Below are positions 1 to 9,108 of a DNA stretch of 41,805 nt, piece after piece. The stretch's first letter is position 1; the number at the start of each line of letters is the position of its first letter. Both the position numbers and the translations under genes were made by a program. The stretch lies in contig CBDUXY010000002.1 in NCBI GenBank assembly GCA_965371305.1, positions 1-41,805 on the forward strand. The letters are read 5' to 3'. This DNA is from an uncultured bacterium. Its GTDB lineage: Bacteria; Desulfobacterota; GWC2-55-46; DRQE01. Below the pieces are notes generated by a model, which saw only the letters and a program-made list of their open reading frames with translations, searched no databases and was not told the DNA's origin.

Positions 1-165
1 AACGACGAGCCGAGGAAGCAACACAGGTCTGAGAAGTTTTGACGTTCTGTCAGGGCGTCAGAACAATCCAGACCAAGGCGTGAGGAAGGTTTGGAGTTGA
101 GGTAGTACTTTATAGTACGCCGAAACGACGAACCAAGGAGCAACGATGGTATGGGAAGTTGTGAC
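1..165. repeat. Tandem ERIC/MITE-like palindromic element (one full copy ~55-165, one partial copy cut by the window edge)
   Basis: AACGACGA...GCAAC...GAAGTT.TGACG occurs at 1-44 and again from 124. The full copy has inverted termini GCGTCAGAAC / GTTGTGACGC and a central GTAC-TTTATA-GTAC palindrome. Confidence 0.7.
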
Positions 166-181
166 GCTCTGTCCCCTGCCC

Positions 182-1981
182 CTACGCCTTCTTTGTACTA
201 ACCTTGTGTGGGTCTTCGACTGGATTAACAAGGCTAATGATCGTCTCGCCCGGTTTCGGCTCAATCGGGCTGTCCGGCGTAAACACGGAGAGTTCCTTCT
301 TTTCGTTTATACGAAACAGCGGTATGGCATTGGTCCTGTGAAAGGCCTTGAACTCCTCGAAGTCAAACTCCTCGGTCAGGTGCGTACATTTTATGACCGC
401 ACCCTTCCTGAACCTCTCGCTTATTACCGGATAGGTCACTTCTTTATCAAAAAGCAGGCGCCCACGCATGGTCTGGGAGACCTTTTTTTCGTCTAAGGGG
501 GCAAGCTGATAAACCCTGTTGCGGCCGAATATATCGGCAAAATGTATGACCGCCAGAGAGTTTACGTTATCGTTATAAGTCATGGCGAAAAACCTGCCCA
601 TGCCGCCAAGTTCGATCGCCATAGGCAGAGCCTCGGAAAGTACGTTGCCGTGATAGGCCGGGATTCCCTCAAGCCTTGCCTGTGCGACGTTAACCCTGTT
701 GTTGTCCGCAAGTTGCACCAGAAAACCCTCGTTCATAAGCGTCGTTGCCATGGCGCGCGCCCACTCGTGCGCTCCTGCTATAAACACGCCCTGCGGGTTG
801 GGTGTGGCAAGCCCAAGCTTTGCGGCAATCGGCCCTGCAGCAAGTCCGTAAATCCCAACGGTCCCGATTATAACCATAAAAGTAAGTGGGGCGAGCAACT
901 GCGCCTGTTCGTAACCAAGGTCCATAAGGCGAATTGAAAAAACTGAAATGATAGCAGCCGCCACAATACCCCTCGGGGCCATGCACATTAAGAAAAAACG
1001 CTCCTTCGCCTTAAGCCCACTCCCGATGGTCGAGAGGAAAACCGCAACCGGCCTTGCTACCACAATAAGCAGGGCAAGAAAACCGATTGCAGGCAGGCTT
1101 ATATAAGTCATGTCGGTGAGTCTGAGCCGGGAAGCAAGGATAATAAACAATATGCCTATTAAAAGCACCCTGAGGTTTTCCTTGAACTCGACGATGTGCC
1201 TTATCGCGACTTTTTCCTGGTTTGCAAGTATAAAGCCCATAAGGGTTACGGCAAGCAGGCCGGACTCAGCCATAAAGAAGTCCGAGAGTGAGAAAATAAC
1301 AAATACGAACATCAAGGCTACAGGGTTTTGCAGGTAATCGGGTATCCAGTAACGCTTCAGGAGGGCCATCATTGCGTAAGCCCCGGCGGCCCCGCCAAGA
1401 CCGCCGACAATAATGGTCTTAACTATACTTACGACTGAGGCCTCCAGAAACCCGCCCGACACAATGCCCTCGAACACAAGGACTGCGAGCGTGACCCCTA
1501 TCGGGTCTATTATTATGCCCTCCCACTTAAGTATTGGCCCGATATGTCCCATCGGCCTTACCGAACGAAGCAGCGGTATAATAACGGTAGGACCCGAGAC
1601 AACAAGCACAGCCCCGAGCAAAAGGGATAGGGAAAAATCAAGCCCGACAAGATAATGAGCGCCAAGAGTGCCTATAACCCAGGTGACAACGGTGCCGACT
1701 GATACCAGGTTCCTTACGACGTGTCCGTGCCCCCGAAGCTCGGCTATCTTAAGCGAGAGCCCGCCCTCGAAAAGTATCAGAGCAACCGACATGCTTATGA
1801 AAGGGTGCAGCAGATCGCCAAGCACCTCGTCAGGATTAAAAAGTCCGCTTACCGGGCCAAGCAAAAAACCAAAACACAGGAGCAGGAGTATGGCGGGTAT
1901 ACGCACGCGCCATGCAAGCCACTGCGCGCCTATACCGGCAACAAACAGGATGGATATACCAATGAGTAAATGCTCTGTCAA
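182..1981 (-). CDS. CPA1 (NhaP-type) cation:proton antiporter with C-terminal RCK/TrkA-N-like domain
   Basis: Many TM segments; LFEGGL, SGPTVI, LKWEGIIIDP and PRGIVAA motifs; cytoplasmic tail with GAHEWAR. TTG start with GGAGAGG upstream. Confidence 0.9.
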   Translation of the reverse strand: MTEHLLIGISILFVAGIGAQWLAWRVRIPAILLLLCFGFLLGPVSGLFNPDEVLGDLLHPFISMSVALILFEGGLSLKIAELRGHGHVVRNLVSVGTVVTWVIGTLGAHYLVGLDFSLSLLLGAVLVVSGPTVIIPLLRSVRPMGHIGPILKWEGIIIDPIGVTLAVLVFEGIVSGGFLEASVVSIVKTIIVGGLGGAAGAYAMMALLKRYWIPDYLQNPVALMFVFVIFSLSDFFMAESGLLAVTLMGFILANQEKVAIRHIVEFKENLRVLLIGILFIILASRLRLTDMTYISLPAIGFLALLIVVARPVAVFLSTIGSGLKAKERFFLMCMAPRGIVAAAIISVFSIRLMDLGYEQAQLLAPLTFMVIIGTVGIYGLAAGPIAAKLGLATPNPQGVFIAGAHEWARAMATTLMNEGFLVQLADNNRVNVAQARLEGIPAYHGNVLSEALPMAIELGGMGRFFAMTYNDNVNSLAVIHFADIFGRNRVYQLAPLDEKKVSQTMRGRLLFDKEVTYPVISERFRKGAVIKCTHLTEEFDFEEFKAFHRTNAIPLFRINEKKELSVFTPDSPIEPKPGETIISLVNPVEDPHKVSTKKA

Positions 1982-2146
1982 GACCCTCTCCGTTTAATCA
2001 GGCATGGTGGGTGGTTCATGTATAAGGCAACTTGAGCTTGATGCGATTTGCTGATATTATACAAAAAGACCCGGATAAAACACTAAAAAAAATCATCAGA
2101 AAACCAGATCACACCGACCATGATTATACTATAAAAGAGGCGTTTT

Positions 2147-2842
2147 GTGGACGATTTAAAAAGAAAAATTTCAGGACTTTATGCAATTATCGACTTAGCG
2201 ACACTTGACCGGAAAGACCTTGAACAAGACCTTACGAAAGTCGCTGAAAAAACCACCCGCGAGCTCGTGGGTTTAAACAGCGGTGGCGGGGCCGGTATTG
2301 TGCAGCTTCGGGCAAAACAAGACGCAAAGACCCAGGAGACTCTTTTGCTTGCAAAAGAATTAAAAAGGATCTGCAAGGCCGGCGGGGCATTATTTATTAT
2401 AAACGACCGAGCTGACATTGCCCTGCTCTGCGGGGCCGACGGAGTTCATCTCGGTCAGGATAACATTACACCTGAAGCTGCAAGAAAGGTCCTCGGTAAT
2501 AAAGCCATAATAGGGCTTTCCACCCATACGATAGAGCAGGCCAAAGAGGCGGCAGGGCTTGCCGACAGAGGGATTATAGATTACATTTCATTTGGGCCGG
2601 TATTTGCAACCGGTACGAAAAGAGACGCAAGCCCGGTTGTTGGAATTGAAAAACTAAAGCAAGTTACACGGCTGACAAAGGTGCCTGTGTGCGCAATCGG
2701 TGGCATTACGCAAGACAACCTGCCATCTGTAATACAGGCCGGAGCCGCCATGATTGCCATGATCTCAGAGGTCCTGCTTGCAAGCGATATACCTGAAAAA
2801 GTCAAAGCCCTTGCAACCACCATAGAGTCTTTAAAACAATGA
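2147..2842 (+). CDS. thiE: Thiamine-phosphate synthase
   Basis: VQLRAK, FIINDRADIA, ADGVHLGQD, GLSTH, FGPVFATGTK and AIGGI motifs. Confidence 0.95.
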   Translation: MDDLKRKISGLYAIIDLATLDRKDLEQDLTKVAEKTTRELVGLNSGGGAGIVQLRAKQDAKTQETLLLAKELKRICKAGGALFIINDRADIALLCGADGVHLGQDNITPEAARKVLGNKAIIGLSTHTIEQAKEAAGLADRGIIDYISFGPVFATGTKRDASPVVGIEKLKQVTRLTKVPVCAIGGITQDNLPSVIQAGAAMIAMISEVLLASDIPEKVKALATTIESLKQ

Positions 2843-2859
2843 CGGAATTAAGACATTTT

Positions 2860-2880
2860 GGTGGGCACAGCCCACCCTTG
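2860..2880 (-). repeat. GTAG-family REP-like palindrome
   Basis: Minus strand reads CAAG-GGTGGGC-TGT-GCCCACC just after the thiE stop; related to the copy at 15530. Confidence 0.55.
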
Positions 2881-3002
2881 TATGCCGTATCTACATAAAA
2901 GGCATACCGGGAAAAATCAAGAGTATTACAAACCTTATTAAGACAGCAAGAAAACCGCCAGTAGCTGAACAGCCCTTTGCAGGCGATACGAAAACAAAAA
3001 AA

Positions 3003-3045
3003 CGGCTGCCGGTAAGAAGGAGAAATCAAAACTTACCGGCAACCG
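3003..3045 (-). terminator. Intrinsic terminator of the amt operon
   Basis: 14-bp stem CGGCTGCCGGTAAG / CTTACCGGCAACCG with one mismatch, followed by a T-run on the minus strand; lies between convergent thiE and amtB. Confidence 0.65.
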
Positions 3046-3225
3046 CGACGTTACATCCGTCAACCAAACGACTGTATATAGTGCAACCGGCATTTATAAC
3101 CACTCGTCCATGCCTGAAATATGCACGAACATACCGGACTTAAAACCTCTTCTATTCTTATTATAGCAGAATTTTTCTACCCTGCTACTTAAGACGAATA
3201 TAAACCGGCCCAGTTGCCGGAATTA

Positions 3226-4545
3226 TTACATATTGTAGCCGCTCTCCTCGTGCTGGGACAGGTCAAGGCCCATGGCCTCTTCATCCTTAGTAACCCTGAG
3301 TCCTATTACCTTATCTATTATCTTAAGCAGAATAAAGCTGACTACCACAGAGATTGCTATTGTTGCGGCAACCCCTTTGAGCTGAATAAGAAACTGCCCC
3401 GGGTTGCCGAAAAACGCGCCCTTTGATTCAACCGAAGCAAAAAGCCCTACGGCAAGTGCGCCCCATATGCCGCCAACACCGTGTATGCCAAAGACGTCAA
3501 GCGTATCGTCGTAACCAAGCTTTGGCTTGACAATGCCTACGGCTATATAGCAGACAATTCCTCCGCCAAGTCCCATAATGATTGCCGACATGGGGCCTAC
3601 GAATCCGGCCGCCGGGGTAATTGCTACAAGCCCCGCCACTGCCCCTGACACAAGACCCAGAGCCGTTGGCTTGCCTCTGAGTATCCATTCAAGCGTGACC
3701 CATGCAAGCCCACCTGCCGCTGCCGAAGTGTTGGTCGTAACAAGGGCAAGGGCCGCAAAACCGTCCGCGGCAAGTGCGCTGCCAGCGTTAAACCCGAACC
3801 ACCCGAACCACAAAAGCCCTGTGCCAAGAAGCGTGAGACCAAGGTTATGAGGAGGCTTATGCTCCCTTGGATAACCCTTTCTCTTGCCAAGTATTATACA
3901 TGCAACAAGGGCGGAAACACCGCTGCTTATATGGACGACCGTGCCCCCGGCGTAATCAAGTGCGCCGTCAGCGCCAAGCCATCCGCCGCCCCACACCCAG
4001 TGACATATAGGGTCGTACACAAGTGTCGTCCATAACAATCCGAATATTATAAGGGCCGAGAACTTCATCCTCTCCGCAACGGCCCCTGTAATAAGGGCTA
4101 CGGTGATAATGGCGAACATGCCCTGAAACATCATGAATAATAAATGAGGGATGGTGCCGCTTGGCTCCATCCCAACGCCGCTAAGGCCCAGGTAATTAAG
4201 CCCTCCTACAAAGCCGCCTATATCCGTCCCGAACGAAAGCGAATATCCCCACAACACCCACTGTAAACTAATCAAACAAAGCAGTATAAAGCTGTGCATC
4301 ATGGTGCCGAGAAAGTTCTTTTTACCGACCATGCCTGCGTAGAAAAACGCAAGTCCCGGCGTCATAAGCAGCACAAGGGCCGTTGAAACAAGTATGAAGG
4401 CCGTGTCGCCCGAATTTATTGTAGCCACTGCAGCCTCGGCTGCCTCAGCGACTTCTTCGTTTGCAAACACCAGACCCGGCAAACCAATCAATAAAACACC
4501 CGCTGCTGCAAACAACCAGACTGCCGCTTTTGTAATTCTTTCCAT
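3226..4545 (-). CDS. amtB: Ammonium transporter, AmtB-like
   Basis: LMTPGLAFFYAG, FQGMFAIIT, DYAGGTVVHISSG, WFGWFGFNAGS and DDTLDVFGIHG; twin His intact. Start moved to ATG 4545 because of AAGGAGGA RBS and signal-peptide-like N-terminus. Confidence 0.95.
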   Translation of the reverse strand: MERITKAAVWLFAAAGVLLIGLPGLVFANEEVAEAAEAAVATINSGDTAFILVSTALVLLMTPGLAFFYAGMVGKKNFLGTMMHSFILLCLISLQWVLWGYSLSFGTDIGGFVGGLNYLGLSGVGMEPSGTIPHLLFMMFQGMFAIITVALITGAVAERMKFSALIIFGLLWTTLVYDPICHWVWGGGWLGADGALDYAGGTVVHISSGVSALVACIILGKRKGYPREHKPPHNLGLTLLGTGLLWFGWFGFNAGSALAADGFAALALVTTNTSAAAGGLAWVTLEWILRGKPTALGLVSGAVAGLVAITPAAGFVGPMSAIIMGLGGGIVCYIAVGIVKPKLGYDDTLDVFGIHGVGGIWGALAVGLFASVESKGAFFGNPGQFLIQLKGVAATIAISVVVSFILLKIIDKVIGLRVTKDEEAMGLDLSQHEESGYNM

Positions 4546-4620
4546 CTTACTTATCCTCCTTTTTTCGTTAACAAGGAGATAAGTATAAACTTTTTGATTT
4601 TTAAAATAAACTAAAAACAT

Positions 4621-4658
4621 CTGCCAGGGAGAGTTTTTTTCACCCCTCTCCCTGACAG
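4621..4658 (-). terminator. Intrinsic terminator-like hairpin between the two amt genes
   Basis: CTGTCAGGGAGAG / CTCTCCCTGGCAG stem followed by ATGTTTTTAGTTT on the minus strand; a second perfect 11-bp hairpin at 4687-4712. Confidence 0.65.
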
Positions 4659-4726
4659 AGTCAAAAACTTACTGCTATTTCTTCCTTATAATCCCTGACT
4701 ACAGGGATTATATAAAGGCTGCTATC

Positions 4727-6067
4727 CTAACGATGTATCTGGAAGTCAGGATATGCGTTACTACCGTGCTCGCCGATGTCGAGACCTTCCTTCTCTTCAT
4801 CCGCGGAAACGCGAAGACCAATGGTTAGTTTAATAACGGTAAAGATGATGAAGGCCGCTATAACGGTAACCACTCCGTAGGCAATGACACCGATTAATTG
4901 CGTCCCAAAGCTGTGATCGGGATTAGAGCTGAATATCCCAACGGCCAGGGTGCCCCAAATACCACAAACCAGGTGGACCGAAGTAGCCCCGACCGGATCA
5001 TCTATTTTAAGCTTGGTATCGATGATGATAACGGCCATGACAACGAGACCCCCGGCAATCAACCCGACGATGGCTGAAGAGCCTACCGGTATAACATCGG
5101 CCCCGGCCGTAATCCCGACCAGACCGGCCAGACATCCGTTTAGTACCATGGACAGGTCCGGCTTCTTTTGGACGAACAGGGAGACAATAAACGCCCCGAC
5201 TATTCCGGCAGCCGCCGCAATGCACGTTGTGACCAGGACAAAGGATACCGGACCTGGGTCGGCCGACAGCACGGAACCCCCGTTAAACCCGAACCAACCC
5301 AACCACAACAGGAAGACCCCGATAGTGGCCAGAGGCAGGCTATGGCCGGGAATGGCTTTGGCCTTACCTCCCACATATTTGCCTATTCTGGGACCAAGGA
5401 GAATTGCGCCGACCAACGCGGCCCAGCCTCCAACGGAATGGACCAGCGTTGAACCTGCAAAATCATAGAAACCCATTGCATCCAACCATCCGCCACCCCA
5501 CTTCCAGCTGCCCACGAAAGGATAGACCAATCCTACGAAGAATATCGAGAAGAGCAGAAAACTTTTTAGTTTCACACGTCCGGCCACCGCCCCGGAGACG
5601 ATCGTGGCGCCTGTCGCGGCAAACATCGCTTGGAAGAGGAAGTCGGTCCAATAGGTATAGGCGCCGCCCGCATATTCGATCAATCCGGCAGCACCTTCAG
5701 GGGCTGCAACACCAAAGCCTGCGAACCCCAACCAATTTCCAAAGATCCATGAATCACCGGGATACATCAGGTTAAATCCGATGATTGCATACGTAAGCAA
5801 GCCGATAGCCACAATCATTGTGTTTTTGCACAGGATATTTATCGTGTTCTTTGATTGTGTGAGGCCCACTTCCAGTGTGGCAAAACCGAGATGCATGATA
5901 AAGACCAGGAATGTAGCCACCATCATCCATATATTATTGGCGACGAACAATGCCTCAGCACCACTGGTTGCCTCGGCCGCCGCCTCATCCGCAAACGCTA
6001 CTTTAGATAAGAGCATAAGCCCTAATACTATTAATGCTCCTAACAGAGGAGCCTTCTTTTTTATCAC
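4727..6067 (-). CDS. amt: Ammonium transporter (second, divergent Amt paralogue)
   Basis: FIMHLGFATLEVG, FQAMFAATGATIVSGA, DFAGSTLVHSVGG, WFGFNGGS and DDPVGATSVH. GTG start at 6067 follows GGAGGA; the ORF track starts at 6091. Confidence 0.93.
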   Translation of the reverse strand: MIKKKAPLLGALIVLGLMLLSKVAFADEAAAEATSGAEALFVANNIWMMVATFLVFIMHLGFATLEVGLTQSKNTINILCKNTMIVAIGLLTYAIIGFNLMYPGDSWIFGNWLGFAGFGVAAPEGAAGLIEYAGGAYTYWTDFLFQAMFAATGATIVSGAVAGRVKLKSFLLFSIFFVGLVYPFVGSWKWGGGWLDAMGFYDFAGSTLVHSVGGWAALVGAILLGPRIGKYVGGKAKAIPGHSLPLATIGVFLLWLGWFGFNGGSVLSADPGPVSFVLVTTCIAAAAGIVGAFIVSLFVQKKPDLSMVLNGCLAGLVGITAGADVIPVGSSAIVGLIAGGLVVMAVIIIDTKLKIDDPVGATSVHLVCGIWGTLAVGIFSSNPDHSFGTQLIGVIAYGVVTVIAAFIIFTVIKLTIGLRVSADEEKEGLDIGEHGSNAYPDFQIHR

Positions 6068-6116
6068 TTTGTATCCTCCCTCGTTACTCATGTGTGTTTC
6101 TATTGTCTATTGTTTG

Positions 6117-6467
<351 letters not shown>

Positions 6468-6602
6468 TCACGTCTCTTTCATTTAAGAGATTTTTGACAA
6501 ACGGGTGGTGTCAGGTCAAATAACCGGCACTTCACTGTGCCTGTCCGACCTCTTTTAAAACCCGTAAAAAAATGTCATTCTATTTGAAGGCCATACTGCG
6601 CC

Positions 6603-7355
6603 TTAGAAGGATATAGCCACTCCAATTCCGCCGTAAGTAACGTCACTTTCCTTGTCGTGACTGTACATCTCGATTGCGTCTTCTGCGTCACTACTAAGGG
6701 CTGTGGTGTGGGATATCTTGGGTGTTATGCTTATATTGTCCTTAACAGGGATGGTTACGGAAGCGCTCAGCTCTCCGTTGTAAAAACCGTTAAAGTCATC
6801 GACCTTACCGTCGCCGTCAATATCGGCCTCCATAACCTTGTTTCCGAAGTTAGCACCAGCCGAGGCGCCGAGGTCAAGCGAGAGCTTGTCGCCCAGGGGT
6901 ATGGAATGACCTATTGAAACCACGGAAAAGGCGCCCTCGCCAAGGTCAAAATCGTAATAGACAGTCAGAGACGGACTTAAGATGGTGTCAAGGCCAACAG
7001 ATACGTAGACCTCCTGCGTGTCGGCAATACCGTCAAGGGCGTAGTATATATAGCCTGCCTCAACCGAGTAGCCTTCATAACTACGACCGTAAGTAAGGGT
7101 AAGGTCTGTCTCAACGTTTTCGTTTATCTCGTTATCGTAGCTTGCCCACAGGTTGGCGCCAAAGCTGCCGGCCGTTATGCCTACGGACGGTTGGATCACA
7201 CCTTCATTACCACCCCAGTTAATTCCCCTCCATACGTAGGTGGACATGAAATCAGCAGAGGCTTCACCCTCGCCCTCAAACGCCTGTGCGTTTGTCACTC
7301 CAAAACTTAAAATAATTACTAACAAAAATAATGCGGCAAGTTTCTTGAAACTCAT
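6603..7355 (-). CDS. Outer-membrane beta-barrel, TorF/Gcw_chp-like putative porin
   Basis: Signal peptide (AQA), STYVWRG..QPSV and ETDLTLTY patterns, alternating beta-strands, C-terminal Phe; this family is commonly found next to glnK-amtB. Confidence 0.75.
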   Translation of the reverse strand: MSFKKLAALFLLVIILSFGVTNAQAFEGEGEASADFMSTYVWRGINWGGNEGVIQPSVGITAGSFGANLWASYDNEINENVETDLTLTYGRSYEGYSVEAGYIYYALDGIADTQEVYVSVGLDTILSPSLTVYYDFDLGEGAFSVVSIGHSIPLGDKLSLDLGASAGANFGNKVMEADIDGDGKVDDFNGFYNGELSASVTIPVKDNISITPKISHTTALSSDAEDAIEMYSHDKESDVTYGGIGVAISF

Positions 7356-7613
7356 CTCTTTCCTCCGGGCTGAAAATAATTTGCGAAAATCCGCGTGAAT
7401 AAAATGAAGAAGGTTTTCGTAGCCCCCTCTCTCTCTGTTGCACCTTTAAACCTCCGGGCCACACCCGGACAATCTTTGCTTAATCTCTCACGGCGTCCAT
7501 CTGGCGGGATTTAAGTTTCCGCAACTTGCTGCGTGAGAGTACATTTTAAAAACTTAATTATATGACTGCCGTAACTACCGTTCCACTCGCCAAGAGACAT
7601 ACAGAGGCTTTGA

Positions 7614-8339
7614 CTACATACGCAGAAACCTTGAAAACACCGCGTCACCGAACCTGTTTAAGGCCGTTATTTTTTCTTCGACCCTGTCTTCTATGTCGTT
7701 TGATGATATAAGACCGGTTAACCCATCAAGTTCTTCTTTATTAATATCAAGCCAGTCACGTATCATCATTTCCGTTACTTCAAGGTGAAACTGCATTGCA
7801 TAAGCGTTTTTGCCTATTTTTATCAGCTGGTTAGGAAAAAGCTTGCTTGAAGCAAGCCTTGTAGCGCCTGGTGGCAGGTCAAACGTATCGCCGTGCCACT
7901 GAAACACGCTTAGCTCGGTACTGCTTCCGAGTAAAAGCGGGTCCCTTAATCCAGCCTGCGTAAGTGAGATGTCATACCAGCCAATCTCCTTTGTATCTCC
8001 ACTGTACACACGCGCTCCCGCGGCCCTTGCCATAAGCTGCGCCCCAAGACATACCCCTATAATCGGTATACCCTTTTTTAACGCAAATTCTATAAGACGA
8101 AGCTCGTCTTTAAGGTAAGGGTAGAGAGTATCGTCCATTGCGCCCATCGGCCCGCCAAGCACCATGACTGCACTGTCAGGCCCTATTGAGTCGGGAACGG
8201 GGTCGCCTTTATAAGGCAACAAAACATGGGCTTGAATGCCGTACTTTCTAAGCGTACCCTTAAAAATGCCGGCGCTCTCATGAGGCACCTGCTGGATTAT
8301 ATAGACCTCTCTAATTCTCTCCCCGGTAGACTTATCCAT
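7614..8339 (-). CDS. Class I glutamine amidotransferase (stand-alone, GMP-synthase-GAT-like)
   Basis: VLGGPMGA, GVCLGAQL (nucleophile Cys), FQWHGDTF and QFHLE (His-x-Glu). Confidence 0.9.
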   Translation of the reverse strand: MDKSTGERIREVYIIQQVPHESAGIFKGTLRKYGIQAHVLLPYKGDPVPDSIGPDSAVMVLGGPMGAMDDTLYPYLKDELRLIEFALKKGIPIIGVCLGAQLMARAAGARVYSGDTKEIGWYDISLTQAGLRDPLLLGSSTELSVFQWHGDTFDLPPGATRLASSKLFPNQLIKIGKNAYAMQFHLEVTEMMIRDWLDINKEELDGLTGLISSNDIEDRVEEKITALNRFGDAVFSRFLRM

Positions 8340-8342
8340 GCT

Positions 8343-8930
8343 TTACCTCTCTAACACTTCTTTCTGAAAGGTGCTTATGATTATCTCCGCCACCTGCTTC
8401 ATGGAAGTCCTTTTATCCATGCTCGTTTTTTGTATACGCGTATATGCCTCCTGTTCGTTAAGCCCCTCGCGTTCCATAAGCAACCCCTTTGCTTTTTCCA
8501 CTACTTTCCTTGATTCAAGGGTTGCTTTTAGTGCTTTATTCTCATCTTTTAAGGCCTCGAACTCTTCATGCCTTGAGATTGCAAGCTCTATAGCGGTGAA
8601 AAGCTCCTTATCTCTTACAGGTTTTGTCAGGTAGGCAAGTACGCCTGCCTTGACCGCCCGCTCGCCGTGTTCTTTATCAAGTCCCGTCAGGAGTATGATA
8701 GGGGTCGGACAACTCTCCCTTATCTCTTCAGCAGCCTCCAGACCATCCATGTTAGGCATGCTTATATCCATTATTACGACGTGCGGCCTGTGTTCAAGAC
8801 AGATCTCAAGGGCCTGCGTTCCGTCGGACCCCTCGGCAACCACCTCATAGCCTCTTTCCTCAAGTAGTCCCTTTAGCGCTAATCTGATGCTTTCTTCATC
8901 ATCGACTATGACTACTTTTTCCATTTCCAT
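8343..8930 (-). CDS. REC-ANTAR response regulator (NasT/EutV/PdtaR-like antiterminator)
   Basis: VDDE, IMDISMP (phospho-Asp) and LTKPV; C-terminal RKVVEKAKGLLM..EQEAYTRIQKTSMDKR ANTAR signature. Confidence 0.92.
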   Translation of the reverse strand: MEMEKVVIVDDEESIRLALKGLLEERGYEVVAEGSDGTQALEICLEHRPHVVIMDISMPNMDGLEAAEEIRESCPTPIILLTGLDKEHGERAVKAGVLAYLTKPVRDKELFTAIELAISRHEEFEALKDENKALKATLESRKVVEKAKGLLMEREGLNEQEAYTRIQKTSMDKRTSMKQVAEIIISTFQKEVLER

Positions 8931-8954
8931 ATTTCCTACCTCCTTTTCTTATAT

Positions 8955-8971
8955 TGCAAGTATTATGCCAA
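8955..8971 (-). promoter_or_regulatory. Sigma54 -24/-12 promoter
   Basis: Minus strand reads TTGGCATAATACTTGCA, matching YTGGCACGNNNNTTGCW spacing; 25 bp upstream of the ANTAR gene start. Confidence 0.85.
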
Positions 8972-9031
8972 ATTGCAACATACCGTTTTTTAAGTGTTTT
9001 TTCATAAGAGTCTCCAATCGATCAAGTTATG

Positions 9032-9080
9032 TGTTTAAAATTTGAGCAAATAAAATGATTTCATGCCGTAAAACAGGGCA
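9032..9080. promoter_or_regulatory. Tandem NtrC-type enhancer sites
   Basis: TGTTTAAAATTTGAGCA (9032-9048) and TGCCGTAAAACAGGGCA (9064-9080) fit TGC-N11-GCA (the first begins TGT), 32 bp apart, upstream of the sigma54 promoter. Confidence 0.7.
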
Positions 9081-9108
9081 ATCAAGAAGAAAGCGCATAC
9101 AAGGTGGG

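Noticed and set aside
1982-2146. TPP riboswitch upstream of thiE
   Set aside because: No GCTGAGA or other TPP core visible; thiL also has only a 16-bp leader.
4546-4620. N-terminal extension of amtB from the ORF track (likewise galU 19560, hsp20 20512, MBL 31727)
   Set aside because: Downstream starts fit family N-termini and, except for galU, have clear RBSs; the extensions run through terminator, repeat or promoter-region DNA.
7356-7613. glnA-type glutamine or c-di-GMP-I riboswitch
   Set aside because: Hallmark conserved segments not found; kept only as an unnamed structured-leader candidate.
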